This document shows, one piece after another, positions 55,261 to 64,000 of a stretch of 64,000 nt of DNA; position 1 is the stretch's first letter; each line of letters begins with the position of its first letter. Origin of the DNA: Eledone cirrhosa (lineage: Eukaryota). The notes below the pieces were generated by a model, which was given only the letters and a program-made list of their open reading frames with translations, made no database searches and was not told the DNA's origin. Where the stretch lies: NCBI GenBank assembly GCA_964016885.1, contig OZ024740.1, forward strand, positions 239,382,001 to 239,446,000, read 5' to 3'. Both the position numbers and the translations under genes were made by a program.

Positions 55261-55989
55261 TTATATATATAATTATTATATATATAATTTATATAATCCA
55301 CAGGCAATTTATATAATGATCATTTCACCGGTCTATATAAGGCTCATTACACAGCGAGACAGGAGTTGGAATCCTCATATTTTAATTCTATTTTATATAA
55401 TTATTATTTCATATTAACAGGTTTCGCTGTCTTTCAACAGTTTCGGTTGTTACCACTTCAGAAACAGACATTAAGAGCGAGACGTAGTACGTAATATTTC
55501 GAACTAACTTTGGGTAAAAGAAAACAAAATTAATGAAGTCATTATCAGCTATCACTATAATTAAAATCTGAGATATTTTATCATTTTTCTTCTGTGTAGA
55601 AAAACTCGTCCTTCCATTATATCTTTACTGGTGGTTCTTAAATGTCATTATTACAATAAATTATACTCTCAGATAAACACCAGAGGATATTTTCATATTT
55701 CGTTAGTCGTCAATTTCAAATAAAATGAAATGAAATCGAATTTATATTTCTATATTTCTATTTATCTTTTGCCACGATTTGAGAACAATAGATAGTGTTG
55801 TTGGTTACAAGTTTCCAACGAGCCAATCACTGGTTCACTGCATTGTTCATCATGGCTGGACAAGGACGGTGGCGTATGTAGCTCAGTCTAAAATATGTAT
55901 ATCAGCGAATGTTACACACACTCACACTCACATACACACACATACGCACACACACACACATACACACACACACAGACACAGACACACAG

Positions 55990-56735
<746 letters not shown>

Positions 56736-57101
56736 TATATATATATTTATGCATATATATATATATATATATTGTTATATTTAGGGAGGGTCATATTTGC
56801 GTAATATTGCCAGAATTAATAACAGAACACACTCACTGTTTGGTTGGTTTTCGCTTCTCGCTGTCTTTTATATATATATATCTGCGATCTAACTTACTCG
56901 GTCCTCAATGTTGCCATTGACTGACCGGCGGTCAAAAATAATACAGATACAATATAGACACAAACACATATATATAGTTTACATAATTTACATAAATCTT
57001 TCGTTGCACATCTGCAACATCGTCAGTGGTGTTATATTCATTGTTCCTCCTGTTGTGTTGTATGTCTACGCCATTTTTTTTGTTTTTTTTTGTTTGTTCA
57101 G

Positions 57102-57157
<56 letters not shown>

Positions 57158-57327
57158 TTATTAAAATAACAGATTAAAGTTTAAGCAAAGAATCGCTGCT
57201 TTCACCCTTAACGGGATCTTCTGAAACTAGTTTTTAATAAATATTTGCTCTACGGTTCTTATATATTTGATATATATTTATCCTTATCGAACCCTCTTTG
57301 GACTTTAGCCTTCAAATTTATTATTAT

Positions 57328-57387
<60 letters not shown>

Positions 57388-58224
57388 AAGATGAATATAA
57401 AATGAAAATGCTTTTATAAAGGCATTTATTAGGTATTGACATATGTTTCTGTAACAGACGGAATACCTATGTATCGCTGCTTGCGTAATCATATAATGTT
57501 AGCAAGTATTCGATAGCAAATGTATAATCAGTTGTCACTTCTTCAGAGATATTGGATAAATTGGAAAAAAATCAGAAAAATTGAAGTATTTATATTAGTT
57601 GTAAGAAAGGAAGAAGAGTGGGGATAGTATATGACAGATGGCAATTCAATTTGCTGGTAAACAAGTATATAGAAGGTTTTTAATGAGAATACAATGAGTA
57701 GATGGCTTATTTTATCTAAATAAGAATTTTTGGGAGTGCCTATTTTAATCTATATTTTACCAATTGAACAATGGACAGGGCTGGTCATTTGGTGTAGTAG
57801 TATTAATACAGATATAAAGTGTCAATTAAGGAAGAGGGAGATTTTCACTGCTACTGTATAGCAACAACGCTGGTAGCCTGCTGGTATATGCATTAGAGAA
57901 TTGAATTAAGAAATCTCATTTTATCTATAGCAGTTTATATTAAATGATAAAGAATAGAAGAGTTGATAGAATTAAGACTAATAGAGAATATATATATATA
58001 TATATATATCACGGGCAGATTGTCCGTTTATCAGATTCCATTCGGAAGTAATGATCAAAAGAAAGCTATATATGACACTTGCATTAAGATACTGTGCAAA
58101 GTGAGTTCAAGCACAGAACAATTTGGTTGAAGAGTAAATGTTTTAGCCACACAGCTGTTAATATAGCCTGTTAATATAATATAATATAATAGGATATAAT
58201 ACAGTATGATTTATAGATATCGTA

Positions 58225-59425
58225 ATCATCATCATCGTTTTTCCATGGATGGAGGGTCCTTCTTATCACAGCATCTCTTCACTTGTCGCATCCCTTCGTC
58301 ATCTCGTCTGCCAGTCTTAGCGATTTGAGGTTAGCCCTCACAAACTCTGTCCAGGTCTTTCTTGGTCGTCCTCTATTGCGGCTTCCTTCCACTGGGATTT
58401 CCTGGACCTTCTACACTCATCAGTCATTGTCCATGTGCACCACATGTTCATATCAACGCAGTCTTCTCTGCTGCACACCACCTCGGATTACCCTTAAATC
58501 CAGCTTCTCTCTCAGCTCGTCCAAGCTCTGCCTTTCTCTCACTTTTACATTGCACATCCAACGAAACATGGTTGCTTAATTTCTCTCCAGTCTCCGCATG
58601 TCCTTAGCAGTCATAACCCATGATTCACTACCATGCAGCGTTGCACACTGGACACAGGCGTCGCACTGCCTTCTTTTTGTACATAGGAAGAAACCTTTTG
58701 TTGTCAGCAGTGGGAGTAGTTCTCTAAACTTCATCCATCCTATCCTTATTCTATTATACTATCGGCGTACCCTCCTCCACTGTTAATTTGGTCACCTAGA
58801 TAACAGAACTTATCAACCACTTCTATGAATAATTCATGTGACTGGAACTTGTTTATATAATTTGCAGTCTTTCCCTCGATTACTTCTACATGCAAAGTTC
58901 TCCCATCCTGTTAGTCTCCTCGTTATCCCACTACATCTTTTGTGTACCCAATATTTACATTGTGTAGATTTACGGAGTTTATGCCTACTCCTTTTCTACA
59001 TATTGAGCTAGACCATTTCCTCGAAGAAATCTGGGTTATATCTTCTTTCCTATTTACTGTCACTTTAGTTTTGGCTAAGGTTACTCTCACACATTTTTAT
59101 TTCAAATTCAGTTTCTATAATCGAAATTTATTTTCTAGTTCTTTTTTGGTTTCAGTTATAAGGACCAAATCATCTGCATAAAGAAGTCTCCATGGGCAGC
59201 CCGTTTTAAACACCTTTGTTAAGTGGGCTAAGAACTAAAACTCATTTACTATTCTCAATATACAGATAACTCTCCTGTACATAGCTGTACATTCTTCGAC
59301 AGCTGATTTCCTTAGAGGTACTGTGTCAAAGTCCTTTTCTAGATCAACAAAAGCTAAATATAGTGGTTTATTTTTGGCTAGCAACTTCTCTTGTAGTTGC
59401 CTCACTAAGAAGAGGGCATCTGTAG
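58225..59425 (-). mobile_element. Decayed RTE/RTE-X LINE RT fragment
   Basis: Minus strand DALFLVRQLQEKLLAKNKPLYLAFVDLEK and LLYADDLVL. Confidence 0.8.
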
Positions 59426-59453
59426 GTGGTTAATTAGTTCATTGTGTGTGTGA

Positions 59454-59543
<90 letters not shown>

Positions 59544-61919
59544 CGCGCGCGCGTGTGTATGTATGTGTACTCTGGAGAATTGGTAGAACAATGAAGTAGA
59601 CATCAGGGGGTTAGAATTTACCTTCTTTATTTGTTACACAATCGGTTATACGTATTTTGATGGTAACCGTTATGTAACAGTTACGACTCCACCAGACAGT
59701 TATTACCCCAACAGAAAGTTACATGAATAAAAATAAAAAAAATACTCATGTAGTTTCCATTCAGTGACATACCACGGGCAAGTTATTGGTGTTATTTTCT
59801 CAAAGTCTGCTCACAAATCCCTATATATATATATAAATATATATATATAAATAATTTAAAAAACAACCACTCAATCAAGCAAATCAAACACATTTAAAAA
59901 TAATACTTAGGTTTGTTATTCTATGCTGTTGATATCCCGTATGCCTTTGAAAATGGCATGATATTCTAACCCCTCCTTCATCACCAATTGATGAACCATT
60001 ATGTTTATTATGTGGAAAATAATATTGTTGTTCACATTTCCCCCTTTCTTTCTCTAAATTTAACGTGGGTTAGTAATGGCTGTTTTATTATTCCACCAGT
60101 TTAGTAATATTACAAATCAAAGTGAGATGAATCAGATTATATACACTAGGGAGGTTGGTAGGACGCCATCTTCCAAAGTTGTGCCAAATAAACATTACAC
60201 ATAATTACTTACTGACTGATTACGACAGCTCCATCACTTCAACAAGCATTAATCATTCTTAACTGAAAACAAAACGAGAATCTCTGAACTAGTGAGAAAT
60301 AGAGAGACGCAGTGGGAGAATAGTGTAGAGGAAAACCTTGTAGCTATCATTAAAATTTGAGATACTCATTCCGTCAGGTGGACCGATGAATCTAATTCTG
60401 GCTTCTACTACAAATAAGATATGATCTCCATTTGTTTTTAGATTTCTTAATAACTGAATAGAACAAAATTGTGACATTTGTCATTAACTTTTTGTTTTAT
60501 CTTCTGCCTAAAGAGACAACACATTTAGATTCTAAAGCCTCTAAAAAAAAAATCAAAGTCGGTATTAACTTAAGTTTAAAGTGTAAATTGTTAGATATTA
60601 TTGAGTTTGAATAATCATTTCATAACCAGAGGGTGAGTTTGGGTGGCAAAATCAACAGTGTTCAACAAATTGCCTTCCTATATTTAGTTATTTCCTTTTA
60701 ATTTCGAAGTAGTTAATTTCCATCGAAGTTGATTTTGCTTTTCATCCTGGGATCGTTAAAATATCTACCAGTGAAGCACAGGCTATCACTATACTCTATC
60801 TATCCCTACTTCGGCAAATACGACACAGTCCATGGTTCGTTGATAAGGTCACATTAAGACCGAGGTATATCGAAAGTTTTCTTTCTACTTAACGGAATAA
60901 TTGATATAACATTATTTATTTAGTGGTTCTTATATAAAAATAAAAATGAACGACAAATAGAATGTCGGATAGAAGGCTTTGAGGTATTAATTCTGTCTCT
61001 CTGCGCTCTTTGAGTTCAAATCTCGTCTCGGTAAACTTTACCTTTGTTATTTCTATTTGCTTTTGCTATTTCCCTCAGTACGCGTCCAGTACCGAGGGAA
61101 ATTCTTCCACTACATCTCTTTCTCAGTTCCTTTCTCTCTTTGACTGTCTGTCAGTCTCTCTCTCTCTCTCACTTCCCCTCTCTCTGGAAGAAAGCCTAAG
61201 AAACGCTGTATGTCACTAAAGCGCACCTACGACTCCATCGTTTTTTATAGATTCATACATATATATCAAATATATTAAAATTACCTTAAAATACGTAGAA
61301 AAATGGAAAACCTCGGCGCAAGGAAGCTGTTAGAACAGCAAAATACCGCCGAAGCGGCGGTGGTTAGAATATTACCTACGAATTCTAATACACTCACGTC
61401 GCAAAACTCGATATTCCAGTTAATTTTATTCATACCTTAAAATAATATTTTATATGCGAAGAAAATCTCTTTAAAAATTGATTTTCTACACAATTTTAGA
61501 TTTTTGCTTCAGCATATGTAAATTATGCACATTTTCTATTCAGCAACAAGGGTGGACTTTGTGTTTAGTTTATGAGGTGAATATAGAACCGAAACATGTC
61601 AGCAGTTGTTACTCGTACTTGCCTCAATAATTAATATCAGTCATTCAAATATATAGTTTTATTCCAGGACGCATAAACGTTCTAGATGAACTTCTAATGT
61701 TCGCCGCAATACATATTTTAACAAATGGTGAATTATATTGTCTTATGTTAATGATATTTCTGAGTCATTTATTTTATATAACAAAAACAATATATTTTGT
61801 TAAAGTTGAATCAGAAAGGAATGTCTACTAAAATAGAAAACGACAAATACAAACAGTAACATCTTGAAGTATTCAATGTGGACGTTTAGATCACCAGGTT
61901 ATGACATATATTTAAGAAA

Positions 61920-62350
61920 AAACCCATGCTGAGAAAAACCAAAATATAGCTCTGACAATGACAACAAATGTGTTCGCTCTAATTGCGGGACTTGCACTTA
62001 CCTTGTTGAAGGCACAATGTATACATTTCAATCAGGACAAAATTTTGTTGTAAAAAATCATTTCACATGTTCATCAAAAAATTTAATTTATCCCATTAAA
62101 TGTAAAGGATGTAATGGAGATTATATAGGGCAAACTAAACTCACCATCAGAAACAGAATGACAATTCATCGCCAACAATTACGAGACCCTACCACAAGAC
62201 AGATACCACTCAGTGGACATCTAGACATACGTGCAAACAATAAGAAACTCAAATTCTAAGTCTTCCCATTTTATCTTTGCCCTGAAAAATATAACTGACC
62301 AAATACGAATAAATAAAGAATATATATTTATTCGAAAATATAGAATCAAT
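61920..62350 (+). mobile_element. PLE GIY-YIG endonuclease fragment
   Basis: FTCSSKNLIYPIKCKGCNGDYIGQT..RMTIH with an upstream Cys linker CVRSNCGTC. Confidence 0.82.
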
Positions 62351-62358
62351 TTGATTTC

Positions 62359-62543
62359 TGTGGATTGGCAGTATCAGTAGAGAGTTGTACGCCATGCTTT
62401 GACGCATAGAGTTACGGCCCTTGTTATTCTGAGTTCAAATCCCGCCGAAGTTAACTTTGCCTTTCATCCTTACGGGGTCGATAAGATAAAGTACCGGTAA
62501 TACACTGGGATAATTGCTGGCCTTGTGCCAAAAGTAGAAACAA
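62359..62543 (+). mobile_element. tRNA-type SINE
   Basis: Colinear with 52563-52754, boxes A and B present. Confidence 0.88.
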
Positions 62544-62547
62544 GAAC

Positions 62548-62790
62548 TGGTCGCTCTCCGACAGGTTCGCGGCCGTGCCCTTGGCAGTGGAGACTTCTGG
62601 TGTCCTTGGCCCTAGGGCTACCTCCCTATTCCCCACCATAAGCTCTGAGCTGGCCAGCCGCAGGTGTGAGCCTCGCGAGTTGGAATGGCTCTTCCAGCGC
62701 ATCTCCCTTATCTTCCTCCTGTCCGCCGGGGCTGTGAGGAGGCCAGCACGTGAGACCCCATTTGCTCACCATACGGATTAATAGGCAAAG
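62548..62790 (+). mobile_element. CRE-like LINE C-terminal fragment
   Basis: PLAVETSGVLGP..EPRELEWLFQRISL resembles the RLE C-terminus of CRE-clade elements. Confidence 0.65.
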
Positions 62791-63189
62791 TTATAAACTA
62801 TTGTAAATAAAATACTGTACCGATTGAATTATTAAGACGATAAACCGCCTTCCTACACACACACGCGCGCGCACACAAATAAAAAGATATTTTTCTTTTC
62901 TACCCTGCCACCACCATCGCCGCCGACATCACTATCGACACAAACATCCGATTTATTTCAGTAGGAAGCACGACACCAGCCATACTCACTGAACCAGAAC
63001 TAATTTCGCCTCCCATTTCTTGACCATTCTCTTTTGTTTAGCACAAAACGTTCTATGATTAACGGGCCATTTTTGGCGCCTATATTATCATGCCCAATCA
63101 CGTGACTGTCACCAACAGATAAAATGGCAAATACAATAAGAACGTCCGAACACGAACTGTGCGAAATTTAATGTACTTAATCACGTGAC

Positions 63190-63390
63190 AGTCATCAACA
63201 AACCCTATTACATTTTAAAGAAATAGCAATCTGAGCCACTGCTTTCGTATAAAACTGATAGAACTTTCGAACACGAACTCTCCATCTCAATTTTATTTTT
63301 GAAAATCATAAGATCTGTGAAACCGGCAAAGTAAATAAATAAATAAATATTCTTAAAGACTCCAGTGGCATTTTCAGTTTCTTTCTTTTC

Positions 63391-63466
<76 letters not shown>

Positions 63467-63707
63467 AAATATACAAGAAGTAAACATTAAACAATCTTTT
63501 AAATAAATTAAAATATGATTTAAATATTCACCTGTTCTAATGCTGTAACATTCAGAGACCAACCAGATGTGAGAAAAACTACAAACCCTCCATCTCAACT
63601 CACTTTTTGAAAAGCAGAAGAATTACGAAACCGGTAAAGGAACCAAATAAATATATATATTTAAAAAAAAAATAAGACTCCAGTTGCATTTTCGATTTCA
63701 TCTCTTT

Positions 63708-63712
<5 letters not shown>
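63190..63712 (+). repeat. Two diverged TA-terminated repeat copies with hammerhead-like core
   Basis: 63190-63395 and 63510-63712 are colinear; CAGAAGA-attac-GAAACCGGTA at 63615-63636; inverted copy at 575-730. Confidence 0.65.
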
Positions 63713-63748
<36 letters not shown>

Positions 63749-64000
63749 ATTATACACGCCCGTGTATATTTATCTATCCCTGCAAGATAAGTCAACATGA
63801 ATGGATCTGTTATTTTTATCTAAAGACATTTTTTCCAATTCCAAATCTATCTATCGTCCGAAACGGCATAGCATATTGTTAATATGTTATCCCTGAAATA
63901 TATATAATGAAATAAATATGGTTTTATAAATATAGTTTCCATTTATTTAATATTATATATATATATGTATATATATATAGATATGTATATATATATATAT

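Overview
AT-rich, microsatellite-saturated animal genomic DNA; the repeat complement suggests an octopus or other coleoid cephalopod (inference, not verified). The only host gene seen is the last coding exon of a universal stress protein (1211-1423). The rest is a retroelement landscape: one apparently intact 6 kb Tx1/L1-clade LINE (39942-45963), two R4/Dong-like families with restriction-like endonuclease (RLE), RTE LINEs with C-terminal C2H2 fingers plus short RTE deletion derivatives, Penelope-like elements (PLEs), non-autonomous Helitrons, tRNA-type SINEs and a 1.7 kb local duplication. Two patterns stand out. (1) About a dozen hammerhead-ribozyme motifs lie in short non-coding modules, mostly next to (TA)n tracts, several as foldbacks, including a perfect palindrome with 97 bp arms carrying two hammerheads. 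(2) Each retroelement family is tied to its own microsatellite: (TAA)n, (CATA)n, (TG)n or (TA)n. All calls were made by eye; repeat boundaries are approximate.
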